Positions 48,333-58,824 of a DNA stretch of 59,976 nt are shown here, piece by piece. Made by a program: the position numbers and the translations under genes. Each line of letters opens with the position of its first letter. Positions within the stretch are counted from its first letter, which is position 1. The notes beneath the pieces are model-generated. The model was not told the origin of the DNA. It saw only the letters and a list, made by a program, of their open reading frames with translations, and searched no databases. This DNA is from an uncultured Pseudomonadota bacterium (GTDB lineage Bacteria > Pseudomonadota > Alphaproteobacteria > UBA3830), in the NCBI GenBank assembly GCA_902796155.1, contig CADBNZ010000051.1, positions 1 through 59,976 of the forward strand, in the 5' to 3' direction.

Positions 48333-49841
48333 ATGTCAACAGCGTTATGGACCGATTCTCGTTTTTATGGACCTGAGTTACTGCAGATTTCCGATGCGGT
48401 TGCTCGTGAAAAAGGATTAGATAAAGAAAAAATCCTGGAAGCCATGGAAGGAGCCATTCAAAAAGCCGCTCGTTCAAAGTATGGCAATGAAAACGACATT
48501 CGCGTGACAATTGATAGAAAAACTGGCGAAGTTTCGATAGCAAAATATGTCACTGTCAAAGAAGTTGTTGAAAATGCTTCTACTGAAATGACTTTGGAAG
48601 AAGCGAAAAAGATCGAGCCAAACGCAGAAATAGGGTATGAATTTGTTACAAAACTTCCTCCCGTTAATTTCGGAAGAGTAGCGGCGCAAGTTGGTCGCCA
48701 AATCATTACGCAAAAGATAAGAGATGCCGAAAGAGACAAACAATTCGAGGAATTTAAAGGACGTGTTGGCGAAATCATAAGTGGCGTTGTAAAAAGGTCG
48801 GAATTTGGCGGCGTAACTTTGGATATCGGTCGAACCGAAGCCGTAATAAGGAAAGATCAGACCATTCCAAAAGAAAATTTCAGAGTCGGCGATCGTGTCA
48901 GAGCATATATCGTTGATGTTTCCCGTGAAGTGCGAGGACCGCAAATATTTTTATCACGCACCCATCCGCAATTTTTGGCGAAATTATTCAAGCAGGAAGT
49001 TCCTGAAATATACGATGGCGTCATCGAGATAAAATCCGTTGCTCGTGACCCAGGTAGCCGTGCGAAAGTCGCAGTTTATACCGCAGATACAGGCATCGAT
49101 CCGATAGGAGCTTGCGTTGGAGTCAGAGGCAGTCGTGTACAAGCTATAATTCAGGAGCTGCAAGGTGAGAAAATCGACATAGTTTTGTGGTCAGATGACC
49201 CTGCTACGTTTGCGGTCAATGCGTTATCTCCGGCGGAGGTTTCCAAGGTCGTTCTTGATGAGGAAGGGCACAAATTTGAGGTTCTCACACCTGATAATCA
49301 GCTCAGTTTAGCCATCGGCAGAAGAGGTCAGAACGTCCGTTTGGCGTCTGCTCTCACAGGATGGAATATTACGGTTGTTTCTGAAACTGAAGCGATGGAA
49401 AAGAGCAATCAGGAATATCACGCGCGTTCAAAAATCTTTATGGATGTTCTGGATTGCGATGAAGTTATTGCCCACCTGTTGGTTACGGAAGGATTTTCTG
49501 AAGTCGAAGAGCTTGCGAACATTTCAAAAGAGGATTTGGCATCTATCGAAGGTTTTGATGAAGCCCTCTCTGAAGAGCTTATTTCTCGTGCGAAAAATTA
49601 TTTAGAGCGCAAAGGTAAAGAAGCTGAAGCAAAAATAAAAGAAATGAAGGTCGATAAGAAGCTCATCGAACTTGGAGTGTTTTCTAACTCAACTTTGCTG
49701 AAACTTGCAGAAAATAACATCTTAAAATTGGATGATTTGGCAGACTTAGCAGCGGACGAATTAATGGAAATCTTGCCTGAACTGGATGAAAACACAGCAA
49801 GCGAGATTATTATGAAAGCCAGAGAACATTGGTTTAAGTAG
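48333..49841 (+). CDS. nusA: Transcription termination/antitermination factor NusA
   Basis: FGRVAAQ, QIFLSRTHP, ARDPGSRAK, GACVGVRGSRV, AIGRRGQNVRLA. Confidence 0.97.
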   Translation: MSTALWTDSRFYGPELLQISDAVAREKGLDKEKILEAMEGAIQKAARSKYGNENDIRVTIDRKTGEVSIAKYVTVKEVVENASTEMTLEEAKKIEPNAEIGYEFVTKLPPVNFGRVAAQVGRQIITQKIRDAERDKQFEEFKGRVGEIISGVVKRSEFGGVTLDIGRTEAVIRKDQTIPKENFRVGDRVRAYIVDVSREVRGPQIFLSRTHPQFLAKLFKQEVPEIYDGVIEIKSVARDPGSRAKVAVYTADTGIDPIGACVGVRGSRVQAIIQELQGEKIDIVLWSDDPATFAVNALSPAEVSKVVLDEEGHKFEVLTPDNQLSLAIGRRGQNVRLASALTGWNITVVSETEAMEKSNQEYHARSKIFMDVLDCDEVIAHLLVTEGFSEVEELANISKEDLASIEGFDEALSEELISRAKNYLERKGKEAEAKIKEMKVDKKLIELGVFSNSTLLKLAENNILKLDDLADLAADELMEILPELDENTASEIIMKAREHWFK

Positions 49842-49912
49842 TTTTGTCGATGGATGGTTAATATTATTGTATAGTTGTTATTTAATAGATAGTGCAGGAG
49901 AATTTTCGAACT

Positions 49913-52465
49913 ATGGCAGAATTAAAAAAGGGCACTTTAAGTTTATCTCGCTCTACTGATTTGAAAAAGCCATCGGATAGTTCTATTGGCGGAAGAGTAA
50001 AGCAGAGTTTTTCGCATGGAAAGTCCAAGGTTGTTACTGTCGAGGTCAAGAAAAAACGGCCTCTTGCGGGAATTACGGCAAATGCGGCAACCTCAAAAAC
50101 AGAGATTTTCAATAAAAATTCGGGACTGACTGACCAAGAATTAGAAAGTCGCATAAAGGCTGTTCAAGGCGCTCTGAAAGAAGAAAAAGAGCAAGAGGAA
50201 TTGCGCCAAAAGAAAATGGCGGAAGAGGCAGAAGCCGAAATTAGGAGGGCCGCCGAAGAGGAAGAGCGTCGTCGAATAGAGCAAGAAGAAGCGAAGAGAA
50301 AAGCGACATCGATAGAAGAAACAGCGGACGAAGGAAGAGAGGAAGAAGCAACGAAAGATGAAATTGCGGCAGAAATTGAGCCAACCTCAGCTCCTCGCCA
50401 ACATACTCCGCATATTTCGCGCCAAGAGCCGACGCACAAACAGTATTTCCGCAAAGGAATGAAGCATTCATCTGATTTTGACAATGACGATGACGATTAT
50501 TCTTCAAATAAATCTTCCGCATCTCGAAAAGGGCCGGCAATCAAAAAAGATATCAGGGAGCTTAAAGGCAAATACTCTGCGGGCGCTGGTCGTGTTTCGA
50601 TATACACAGCTTTTGATGATGAGGATCGAACACGTTCGCTGACGTCCATAAGAAGAGCGCGGCAAAAGAACAAGTTTGTTCAAAAGCCATCTACTCCTGA
50701 AACGAAAGTCATAAAAGAAGTCATACTTCCTGATACGATAAGCGTTCAGGAACTTGCTAACCGTATGGCTGTGCGAACAGGTGAAGTGATAAAAGAGCTC
50801 ATGAAACTTGGCGTTATGGCGACTGCAAATCAGCTTATTGATGCAGACACGGCGGAATTAATAGTGCTGGAATTTGGGCACAATGCCAAGCGAGTTAGTG
50901 AAAGCGATGTCGAAATAGGCCTAAAAATCGAAGATGCAGAAGAAGATTTGTTGCCACGTCCTCCTGTCGTTACAGTCATGGGACACGTTGACCACGGAAA
51001 AACATCGTTGCTCGATGCGCTTAGAAAAACAAACGTCGCTCTGAAAGAAGACGGCGGAATAACACAAGGAATCGGCGCATATCAAATAACCATAAACGAC
51101 GGCCGCAAAATAACGTTTATTGACACTCCTGGCCATGCTGCATTTACAGAAATGAGATCGCGCGGCGCGAATGTCACGGATATTGCTGTTCTTGTCGTTG
51201 CAGGAGATGATAGTGTCAAAGAGCAGACCATTGAATCCATAAATCACGCAAAAGCGGCGGGAGTTCCTATTGTTGTCGCAATCAACAAAATGGACAAGCA
51301 CGGAGCGAATGCCGAGAATGTTCGAAAAGATCTGCTTAACCATGAAATCATCGTTGAAAAATTCGGCGGCGATGTAATGGATGTCGAAATTTCGGCCAAA
51401 AGCGGCTTGAATCTCGATAAATTGAAGGAAACCATCCTTTTGCAAGCGGAAATGTTGAATTTGAAGGCTAATCCTAACCGTTCTGCCGAAGGCGTCGTAA
51501 TAGAATCCAAGGTTGAGAAGGGACATGGCCCCGTCGCGACCGTCCTTATCAAAAAAGGAACGCTTAAGGTTGGCGATATTTTCGTTTCTGGCTGCGTTTA
51601 CGGGAAAGTTCGAGCGATAAAGAACGAACGTAAAGAGAATCTAAAAGAACTCACGCCAGGAACTCCTGGAGAAATTGTCGGATTTAACAGAACAACCATT
51701 CCGGGCGATGATTTTATTGTCGTAAAAGATGAGTCGAAAGCAAAAGAAGTAGCGAATTATCGCGATCGCAAAAAACGTGAGCAGGCGTTTGTTGTGTCTT
51801 CTCGTGCGTCCATGGAGCAAATGTTCTCGCAAATCAGTGCGAATGAGAAGCTGAAAATTCTGTCGGTAATCGTAAAAGCTGATGTTCAGGGATCCTCAGA
51901 AGCTATCTGCGCAAGCCTTGAAAAATTAGCTACCGATGAAGTTGCAGTTAAGGTTATTCATTCCACTATCGGAGAAATAACGGAAAGTGATGTTGCTTTG
52001 GCAAAAGCCTCGAACGCAATGATTCTTGGATTTAATGTTAGAGCAAATGCGCAAGCGCGTAACCAAATCGCTCGAGACAAAATTCAGGTTCGTTATTACT
52101 CCATAATCTACGATTTAACTGATGATATAAAAGCGCTGATGTCTGGATTGCTTGCTCCTGAAGTCAGAGAACATGTTATCGGCTCCGCAGAAGTACGCAA
52201 AACGTTCGATGTGTCCAAACTTGGCCGCATTGCCGGATGTATGGTTATCGATGGTGTTGTTAAACGTGGAGCAAAAGTCAGATTGCTGCGTGACGGCGTT
52301 GTCGTATACTCAACGGAAATCAAAACCTTAAAAAGGCTCAAAGATGACGCGAAAGAAGTTCGTGAAGGCTTCGAATGCGGTATTTGTTTGGAAAACTACA
52401 ACGATATTCATATCGGCGATATCATAGAGTGCTTTGAAATGGAAAAAATCGAGCGCAAGCTATGA
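49913..52465 (+). CDS. infB: Translation initiation factor IF-2
   Basis: [39 protein letters not shown]. Confidence 0.97.
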   Translation: MAELKKGTLSLSRSTDLKKPSDSSIGGRVKQSFSHGKSKVVTVEVKKKRPLAGITANAATSKTEIFNKNSGLTDQELESRIKAVQGALKEEKEQEELRQKKMAEEAEAEIRRAAEEEERRRIEQEEAKRKATSIEETADEGREEEATKDEIAAEIEPTSAPRQHTPHISRQEPTHKQYFRKGMKHSSDFDNDDDDYSSNKSSASRKGPAIKKDIRELKGKYSAGAGRVSIYTAFDDEDRTRSLTSIRRARQKNKFVQKPSTPETKVIKEVILPDTISVQELANRMAVRTGEVIKELMKLGVMATANQLIDADTAELIVLEFGHNAKRVSESDVEIGLKIEDAEEDLLPRPPVVTVMGHVDHGKTSLLDALRKTNVALKEDGGITQGIGAYQITINDGRKITFIDTPGHAAFTEMRSRGANVTDIAVLVVAGDDSVKEQTIESINHAKAAGVPIVVAINKMDKHGANAENVRKDLLNHEIIVEKFGGDVMDVEISAKSGLNLDKLKETILLQAEMLNLKANPNRSAEGVVIESKVEKGHGPVATVLIKKGTLKVGDIFVSGCVYGKVRAIKNERKENLKELTPGTPGEIVGFNRTTIPGDDFIVVKDESKAKEVANYRDRKKREQAFVVSSRASMEQMFSQISANEKLKILSVIVKADVQGSSEAICASLEKLATDEVAVKVIHSTIGEITESDVALAKASNAMILGFNVRANAQARNQIARDKIQVRYYSIIYDLTDDIKALMSGLLAPEVREHVIGSAEVRKTFDVSKLGRIAGCMVIDGVVKRGAKVRLLRDGVVVYSTEIKTLKRLKDDAKEVREGFECGICLENYNDIHIGDIIECFEMEKIERKL

Positions 52466-52848
52466 TACCTGAAAGTGCCATAAAAAGAAAAGAAACACCA
52501 CGACGAGTTCGCGTCGCCAGCGAAGTAAAAAAGGTTCTTTCGGAATTTCTTTTGCATGGTGCTGTCTCTGATTCCAAACGACCATCTATGGCCACAATGA
52601 TAGCCATAACAGGAGTAGAAATGAGCGCCGATTTACAGCATGCGAAGGTGTTTTTTTCATCTATTTCACCACAAATTTCATCGGAAGAATGCGCGGAATT
52701 TTTGGAAAAGCATAAATACAAATTGCGAGCCCATGTCGGAGCCTCAATTCGTTTAAAACACACTCCTGAATTGCGTTTTTTAATCGATGATTCATCTGAA
52801 AAAGCCGAAAAAATAGAAAATATATTGAAAAAAATAGCCTCGAAATAA
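52462..52848 (+). CDS. rbfA: Ribosome-binding factor A
   Basis: RVASEV, ITGVEMSADLQHAKV, LKHTPELRF; follows infB. Confidence 0.92.
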   Translation: MIPESAIKRKETPRRVRVASEVKKVLSEFLLHGAVSDSKRPSMATMIAITGVEMSADLQHAKVFFSSISPQISSEECAEFLEKHKYKLRAHVGASIRLKHTPELRFLIDDSSEKAEKIENILKKIASK

Positions 52849-52864
52849 GAAAACGGAGGAAAAA

Positions 52865-53890
52865 ATGCAGTCTAGCAAAATCAAAAATGCCGTAATTGCG
52901 GTTTTATCGGTGACAACGGTATTTTGCGGCTACAATTATTATAAGACGTCGCAAAAATTGGGGCGAATAAATGCTATTTTGGACAGCAATCCACGCCTGA
53001 AAAGCTGTTTCACACATCCACGAAAAATCGCTTTCATGCAAAAAGGTGGTGAATATCTGCCTGACTATGAACATCCTCGCACTTTAAACGATAAAGTTGC
53101 GCATTTGTTAGAAAATTATTTCTGGAACTCACCAATTACGCGCGTAATCGGCACAAAATACTTTGCGAAAAAATATGTTGCCGATATCGTTGGCGAGGAA
53201 CATGTAGTGCCTTTGCTCGGTGTTTGGGATAATCCCGAGGATATAGACTGGAACAAACTGCCGAACAAATTTGTCTTGAAAAGCGTAAGAGGCAATTACG
53301 GTCGTGAAGTTATCATCGTCACCGATAAATCAAAGCTCAATATTCCTGATACGATAGACCAGTTGAAAAAATTCTGCAAAGCTCCGGGCATGGTCAATAT
53401 TCACAAAAAGCGCATTATCGCCGAAGAACTTGTTGAAAATGGCGACAAGCCCTTCAGAGACTATAAATTTTTCTGCTCATACGGAAAGCCACTCGTCGCT
53501 TACTGCTTGGAAATGGAAAATAACTCGAGCACTGATATAGATTCGAAGACATTTTCTTTTTATACGCTTCCTGATTGGAAAGCCTTGCCTGTAAAAGCCG
53601 GAAAGCATAAGCGCAACAATCTTCCAAAACCAAAAAATTTTGAAAAAATGATGGAGATTTGCAAGAAATTATCAGCTCCATTCCCTCTTATTCGCATAGA
53701 TATGTACGAAAACGGCAATAGAGTGCTTGTAGGAGAAATTACAGAAGACGCGAGCGGCGGAAAAAACATCATGAAGCCAGTAATTTGGGACTTTAAATTG
53801 GGGAAAAATATCCCTGTCGCGTCTGAAGAAGAAATCGCAAAAATGATCGAAAAAGACAAGGAAATCAGCAAGACGTATATTGAGCCATAA
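52865..53890 (+). CDS. TupA-like ATP-grasp amidoligase (polysaccharide modification) with N-terminal anchor
   Basis: PRTLNDK, IDWNKLPNKFVLK, IIAEEL, DYKFFC, LSAPFPLIRID, GEIT. Confidence 0.8.
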   Translation: MQSSKIKNAVIAVLSVTTVFCGYNYYKTSQKLGRINAILDSNPRLKSCFTHPRKIAFMQKGGEYLPDYEHPRTLNDKVAHLLENYFWNSPITRVIGTKYFAKKYVADIVGEEHVVPLLGVWDNPEDIDWNKLPNKFVLKSVRGNYGREVIIVTDKSKLNIPDTIDQLKKFCKAPGMVNIHKKRIIAEELVENGDKPFRDYKFFCSYGKPLVAYCLEMENNSSTDIDSKTFSFYTLPDWKALPVKAGKHKRNNLPKPKNFEKMMEICKKLSAPFPLIRIDMYENGNRVLVGEITEDASGGKNIMKPVIWDFKLGKNIPVASEEEIAKMIEKDKEISKTYIEP

Positions 53891-53892
53891 AC

Positions 53893-53926
53893 AAAAAGCG
53901 TCCGAAGAGGAGATGGTCGGACGCTT
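53893..53926 (-). terminator. Intrinsic terminator (ctrA; possibly bidirectional)
   Basis: AAGCGTCCGA / TCGGACGCTT stem with a U-tract on the minus strand. Confidence 0.65.
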
Positions 53927-53965
53927 AAGATCGGTTATTTTTATATTTTTCGCAATATATTAAAC

Positions 53966-54724
53966 TTAAACAGCCGTTCTTTGCTGCATTCTCGGATATT
54001 CCTTTAATCCGCCGCTGTTTTCGATTTTGTTATTCGCAGAATTATCTTCAGGAACATCTTTCAAGGTATATCCTCTGCCCCAAATGGTTTCGATATAGCA
54101 TTCGCCGTCAAGGGCGTCCATAAGTTTCTTTCTCAGCTTACAAACGAAAACATCGATGATTTTCAGCTCAGGCTCATCAATTCCTCCATACAAATGATTG
54201 AGGAACATATCTTTCGTCAAAGTCGCACCACGTCTTAGGCAAAGCAGCTCTAGTATCGCGTACTCTTTTCCTGTTAGGTGTAGTACTTTTCCATCAATTT
54301 CAACTCTTCTGCTTTGCAAATTAATCGACATTCTTCCGATTTTGATTGTAGACTCCGAATGTCCCTTTGATCGCCTTATAACTGCCTGAATTCTTGCAAC
54401 AAGCTCTTTTGCATCAAATGGCTTTGTTATATAGTCGTCTGCGCCAATATCCAGACAATTAACTTTATCCTTTGATTCAGAGAGCCCTGACAACACAATA
54501 ACTGGTGTTACAACATTTGCCGAGCGCAGTTTCTTGATAACTTCCATACCATCAATATCAGGAAGCATCAAATCTAATATAATGCCGTCGTAATCGTAGA
54601 TTTTTCCTACTTCGAGACCATATTGACCAAAGCTTGTAGCATCACAAACCAAACCTTCTTTTCTCAATAACGCCTCAACGCTTTTTGCGGTCGGAGTATC
54701 ATCTTCTATTAAAAGAACTTTCAT
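53966..54724 (-). CDS. ctrA: Cell-cycle master response regulator CtrA
   Basis: MKVLLIEDD, GKIYDYD, HLTGKEY, TLTKDMFLNHLYGGIDEPELKIIDVFVCKLRKKL, IETIWGRGY. Confidence 0.96.
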   Translation of the reverse strand: MKVLLIEDDTPTAKSVEALLRKEGLVCDATSFGQYGLEVGKIYDYDGIILDLMLPDIDGMEVIKKLRSANVVTPVIVLSGLSESKDKVNCLDIGADDYITKPFDAKELVARIQAVIRRSKGHSESTIKIGRMSINLQSRRVEIDGKVLHLTGKEYAILELLCLRRGATLTKDMFLNHLYGGIDEPELKIIDVFVCKLRKKLMDALDGECYIETIWGRGYTLKDVPEDNSANNKIENSGGLKEYPRMQQRTAV

Positions 54725-54806
54725 ACTTTCCCTCTTACTTAACTTCAAAAACTACTAAAAAAACAGCTTTAACTATTTTTATATATTATCACCTTATTTG
54801 GTGTTT

Positions 54807-54822
54807 GTTAAAAAATAATTAA
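54807..54822 (-). promoter_or_regulatory. CtrA binding box (autoregulation)
   Basis: Minus strand TTAA-TTATTTT-TTAAC, a full match to TTAA-N7-TTAAC about 83 nt upstream of ctrA. Confidence 0.7.
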
Positions 54823-54965
54823 AATTTTATCTATTTTTTCGTTTTTCTAAAAAAATTATGATTATCGCTTGATGATCATATGATAATACGATTTTCTATT
54901 GACGTTTTCTCAATAAAAAGTTAAAAGATCATTTGTATATACTAAAGTTGGGCGTTCATTTTTTT

Positions 54966-55043
54966 GGCGGGTGTAGCTCAGTTGGTCAGAGCGCCAGATT
55001 GTGGCTCTGGAAGTCGTCGGTTCAACTCCGATCACTCGCCCCA
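54966..55043 (+). tRNA. tRNA-His (GTG) with encoded G-1, C73 and CCA
   Basis: Acceptor GCGGGTG/CACTCGC, anticodon arm CCAGA-TTGTGGC-TCTGG, GGTTCAA T-loop, 3' CCA. Confidence 0.97.
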
Positions 55044-55090
55044 TTTATTTTGAAGCTCAACCTCGTCATAGATTTTGGAGATGTTCACCA

Positions 55091-55573
55091 ATGAGTACTG
55101 GATTTAGATACGATGAATTAGTGCAGAAAGCGCTTATTTCTGTTGTGCGCGACGTACTTAAGGACGTTTCTGAAAACGGCTTGCCGGGAAATCATCATTT
55201 TTACATCCGCTTTCGCACAGATCATCCGAAAACAAAGGTTCCAAAATTTCTTAAAGAACGTCATCCTGAAGAAGTAATGATCGTTATTCAGTATCAGTAT
55301 TGGAATTTATACGTCGCAGACACATATTTTTCTGTTGATTTAAGTTTCAGCGGAATACAAGAAAATTTGAAGATTCCTTATGCAGCCCTTACGGCTTTTG
55401 TTGATCCTTCGGTAAAGTTTGCGCTCCAATTTACGCCGACTTTTGGAGATGACGGCGACGATGATGATGGCACACGCATGTCATTCAAAGAAAAATCCGA
55501 CAGCGATGATGACAGTAAAAAATCATCTGATGACGGTAAAATCATAAGTTTCGACAGCTTCAGGAAAAAATAG
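55091..55573 (+). CDS. sspB: ClpXP protease specificity-enhancing factor SspB (alphaproteobacterial type)
   Basis: GLPGNHHFYIRF, PEEVMIVIQYQYW, FVDPSVKFALQF, C-terminal IISFDSFRKK. Confidence 0.92.
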   Translation: MSTGFRYDELVQKALISVVRDVLKDVSENGLPGNHHFYIRFRTDHPKTKVPKFLKERHPEEVMIVIQYQYWNLYVADTYFSVDLSFSGIQENLKIPYAALTAFVDPSVKFALQFTPTFGDDGDDDDGTRMSFKEKSDSDDDSKKSSDDGKIISFDSFRKK

Positions 55574-55598
55574 CAGCTTCTACAGTCAGTAATAGATC

Positions 55599-56237
55599 AT
55601 GCATGATTTTATAGACACCATTGTCTTCAACATTTTTCCCCTGTTTGTTGCGATCGTTTTTCATGAAATTTCGCACGGATTAGTTGCGTATTCTTTGGGA
55701 GATGACACAGCAAAAAATGCAGGACGGTTCAAGTTATATACTCATTTCGATCTTTGGGGGTCTTTTATTATTCCTCTTGGTTTATACTTAATGCATTCGC
55801 CTTTTTTGATTGGATATGCAAAGCCTGTTCCTGTAGATCCGCGTAAATTCAAAGATCCGATAACTGATATGGCACTCGTAGCAATAGCAGGTCCGCTCTA
55901 CAATCTGCTTGTTGCTGTTATATGCGCTTTCGGTCTGCAAAGTTCAGATGGATTCGTGTTTAGAATGCTGCTAAGTTTCACAATGATCAATTTCGGTCTT
56001 TTCTTCTTCAATCTTATACCAATTCCGCCACTTGACGGCAGCAGAATAATCGCAGCGATAATTCCAAGAAGATTTGTTGAATCATATTACAAATTAGAAC
56101 CTTTTGGCTTTTTCATTATAATTGGCTTAGAAATGCTCAGCGAACCATTATCACAACTGGTCGGGCATAGAGTCGGACTGTTTTATACGTTCATAGAAAA
56201 GCCAATAAGAGGTATACTTACCATGTTGCTTTCATAA
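55599..56237 (+). CDS. Site-2 protease family (M50) membrane metalloprotease
   Basis: HEISHG, GDDTA, AKPVPV, AIAGP, FNLIPIPPLDG. Confidence 0.92.
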   Translation: MHDFIDTIVFNIFPLFVAIVFHEISHGLVAYSLGDDTAKNAGRFKLYTHFDLWGSFIIPLGLYLMHSPFLIGYAKPVPVDPRKFKDPITDMALVAIAGPLYNLLVAVICAFGLQSSDGFVFRMLLSFTMINFGLFFFNLIPIPPLDGSRIIAAIIPRRFVESYYKLEPFGFFIIIGLEMLSEPLSQLVGHRVGLFYTFIEKPIRGILTMLLS

Positions 56238-56260
56238 CTTTTTATGAGGATAATTGCGGC

Positions 56261-57310
56261 ATGAAATTCACTGATACAAAAGTTAAAACAATTATTCCGA
56301 CTAAGATAATCGGTCCGATAAATCTTGTTTATGAAGGAGTGAAAGAAGCTGTTTCCGTGCCGATGGCGACTTTCGAGACTCCTCTTTGGCATTCTACAAA
56401 ACGTGGTGCTTTGGTATCGCAAAAATCAAATGGAATAAAGGTTTTTGTCTCCGATGATTGTATGACGAGATCAATAATTCTTGAAGCGATTGATACAGAA
56501 GGCGCACTAAAATGCGAAGAATGGATTTTTGCAAACCAAAAAAGCATTGAAAACGTCGTTAATAAATCGAGCAGATTCGCAAAATTAAAGAACATCCATG
56601 TCGAAAATATCGCAAAATTGCTCTATGTGCGTTTTTCTATTGAAGTCGGGAACGCTTCAGGACACAATATAGTCACAAAAGCAGCGGACGATATCGCGAA
56701 TTTTATTCTTTCAAACTGCAATAATCTAAATTATGTTTCTGTTTCAGGAAATTATTGCGTAGATAAAAAAGTTTCCGCCGTTAATGGCGTTTTGGGACGA
56801 GGAAAACGAGTTTCTGCCGAAATAATCGTAACAAAAGACGTTTGCGAATCAATTTTAAAGACATCTCCATCAAAAATATGCGAATTAAACGCAAAGAAAA
56901 ATCTCATCGGAAGTATTTTAGCCGGGTCAGTACGCAGCGCAAACGCTCATTACGCAAACACGGCTCTTGCCATTTTCTTGGCGACAGGACAAGACGGAGC
57001 GAATATCGTTGAAGCCTCGCAGGGCATTACTTTCGCGGAAATGCATGGCGAGGATTTATATTTCTCCGTTACTATGCCAAATATAATTGTCGGAACTGTA
57101 GGAAATGGGAAAAATCTCGATTTTGCAATCGAAAATTTGGCCTTAATGAAATGCTATTCAAACGACTCCGAATCATCAAAAAGATTGGCGGCGATAATTG
57201 CTGCTGCGACATTGTGCTCGGAGCTGTCTTTGCTGGCTGCGCAAACAAATCAAGGCGAATTGAGGGAATCACACATTGCTTTAGAACGGAGTAACAACAG
57301 CAATGCTTAA
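56261..57310 (+). CDS. mvaA: Hydroxymethylglutaryl-CoA reductase
   Basis: VPMATFE, ASGHNIVT, SGNYCVDKK, KNLIGS, ATGQDGANIVE, GTVGNG, ELSL...H. Confidence 0.9.
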   Translation: MKFTDTKVKTIIPTKIIGPINLVYEGVKEAVSVPMATFETPLWHSTKRGALVSQKSNGIKVFVSDDCMTRSIILEAIDTEGALKCEEWIFANQKSIENVVNKSSRFAKLKNIHVENIAKLLYVRFSIEVGNASGHNIVTKAADDIANFILSNCNNLNYVSVSGNYCVDKKVSAVNGVLGRGKRVSAEIIVTKDVCESILKTSPSKICELNAKKNLIGSILAGSVRSANAHYANTALAIFLATGQDGANIVEASQGITFAEMHGEDLYFSVTMPNIIVGTVGNGKNLDFAIENLALMKCYSNDSESSKRLAAIIAAATLCSELSLLAAQTNQGELRESHIALERSNNSNA

Positions 57311-58469
57311 CTGCAACAGAAAAAAAAATGTCGGAATTGACGCGATTGCTTTTTCCACATCTCGCTATTTTCTATCGCTGAAAACTCTGGCTGAACACAG
57401 AAATGTAGATTATCGCAAATATTACGAGGGCATAGGGCAAGAGAAAATGGCGGTTTTCCCTCCGAATGAAGATATAGTCACGATTGCCATAGACGCTGCG
57501 CAAAAGGTTCTTGCGAAAATCGAGAATAAAAATGAAATTGATCTGCTGATTTTTGCGACGGAATCTTCTTTTGACTTATCGAAATCCGCGGGAATATACG
57601 TTCATCATTTTTTGGGATTAAAACCGAGCTGCAGAGTTTTTGATATAAAACAGGCTTGCTACTCTGCTACGGCCGCCTTGCAAATGGCCAAAAATTTTGT
57701 AGAAAATAATTCGGGTTCGAAAGCTCTGGTTATTGGTTCGGATATCGTGAAATACTCGCCGAACACTTCGGGAGAACCAACGCAAGGAGGCGCCGCAGTA
57801 GCCATACTCGTTTCAGAAAATCCTCGATTGGCATATATCGAGCCTTTTTCGGGGGTTTATACAGCGGATGTTGCGGATTTTTGGCGGCCTGCTGCAGCAA
57901 ACGAAGCTATGTTTGACGGAAGGCTTTCTGCACACAATTATTTGCGCTCATTGGAATATGCTCTCGACGGATATTTGGAACAATCCAGCCTAAATTTAGA
58001 AGATATCGACTACACTTGCTTTCATGCTCCGTTTAATAAGATGGCTATCAAAGCTGCACGACAGTTTTTCTCTGAAAGAGATATAAAAGACGCTCTTGTC
58101 TACAACGCATTAATCGGAAATAGCTGCTCAGCATCACTATATATCTCGCTTATCTCATTAATCGATAATTGCAAAACGGATTTGGCAAAAAAAAGAATCG
58201 GAATGTACAGCTATGGTTCTGGTAGCGTTGCAGAATATTACAGCCTCGTTATCTCTGATCAATATAAATCAGTCGTTCTTTCAGAAGAGAACAGACAAAA
58301 CCTCGCAAACCGAATCGAAGTGTCTTTTGATGAATACGAAAAACTAGGCACCACCACAGAATCTTTCAACTATATCGGCGGAGAAAATGCAATAGCATGT
58401 TATAAAAATATAGGCTCTGTTTTCCTTGCTGAAGTGAAAGATGGATATAGAAGATACGAGGAAGTGTAA
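57303..58469 (+). CDS. mvaS: Hydroxymethylglutaryl-CoA synthase
   Basis: FATES, KQACYSATAAL, GEPTQGGAA, DFWRP, FHAPF, SYGSGS. Confidence 0.93.
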   Translation: MLNCNRKKNVGIDAIAFSTSRYFLSLKTLAEHRNVDYRKYYEGIGQEKMAVFPPNEDIVTIAIDAAQKVLAKIENKNEIDLLIFATESSFDLSKSAGIYVHHFLGLKPSCRVFDIKQACYSATAALQMAKNFVENNSGSKALVIGSDIVKYSPNTSGEPTQGGAAVAILVSENPRLAYIEPFSGVYTADVADFWRPAAANEAMFDGRLSAHNYLRSLEYALDGYLEQSSLNLEDIDYTCFHAPFNKMAIKAARQFFSERDIKDALVYNALIGNSCSASLYISLISLIDNCKTDLAKKRIGMYSYGSGSVAEYYSLVISDQYKSVVLSEENRQNLANRIEVSFDEYEKLGTTTESFNYIGGENAIACYKNIGSVFLAEVKDGYRRYEEV

Positions 58470-58824
58470 TACCACACGAAGTATAGGAAGAAGGCAAGAA
58501 AAGGCATTTTAGAATAAGAAGAAATGGACCTTTGAAAACGACAAAATCGTTCTTTATTATTACATTTTGAAAAGATGAAAAAGTACAATCAAACACCATT
58601 ATTTTAACGAAATAACAACCACAACCTTTCACGGGCAATTTTAAAAAGCAACTGGAATAGGTAGAGATAAGATCTATAACTCCATTCCCCTCCTTCTTTA
58701 ACTGTGTCAGAAATGCCACACTGCGCTAAAAATTGAGGAGGGGGTAACCTAGAAATTGCCTTTTTAACTTGATTTAAAGAAAATAGTTAGTAAAATATGA
58801 CGTAATTTTACTATGAGGTTTATT

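Noticed and set aside
12360-52341. Numerous long antisense ORFs within tldD, mrcA, rne, the APC permease, murJ, nusA and infB
   Set aside because: They are fully nested opposite well-supported genes and have no family motifs.
55001-55090. N-terminal extension of the sspB ORF
   Set aside because: It starts at the tRNA-His anticodon; the recognisable SspB sequence begins at ATG 55091.
58366-58719. 117-aa minus-strand ORF, or a gene remnant after mvaS
   Set aside because: Overlaps mvaS antisense, has no recognisable motif, and no lower mevalonate gene remnant could be read.
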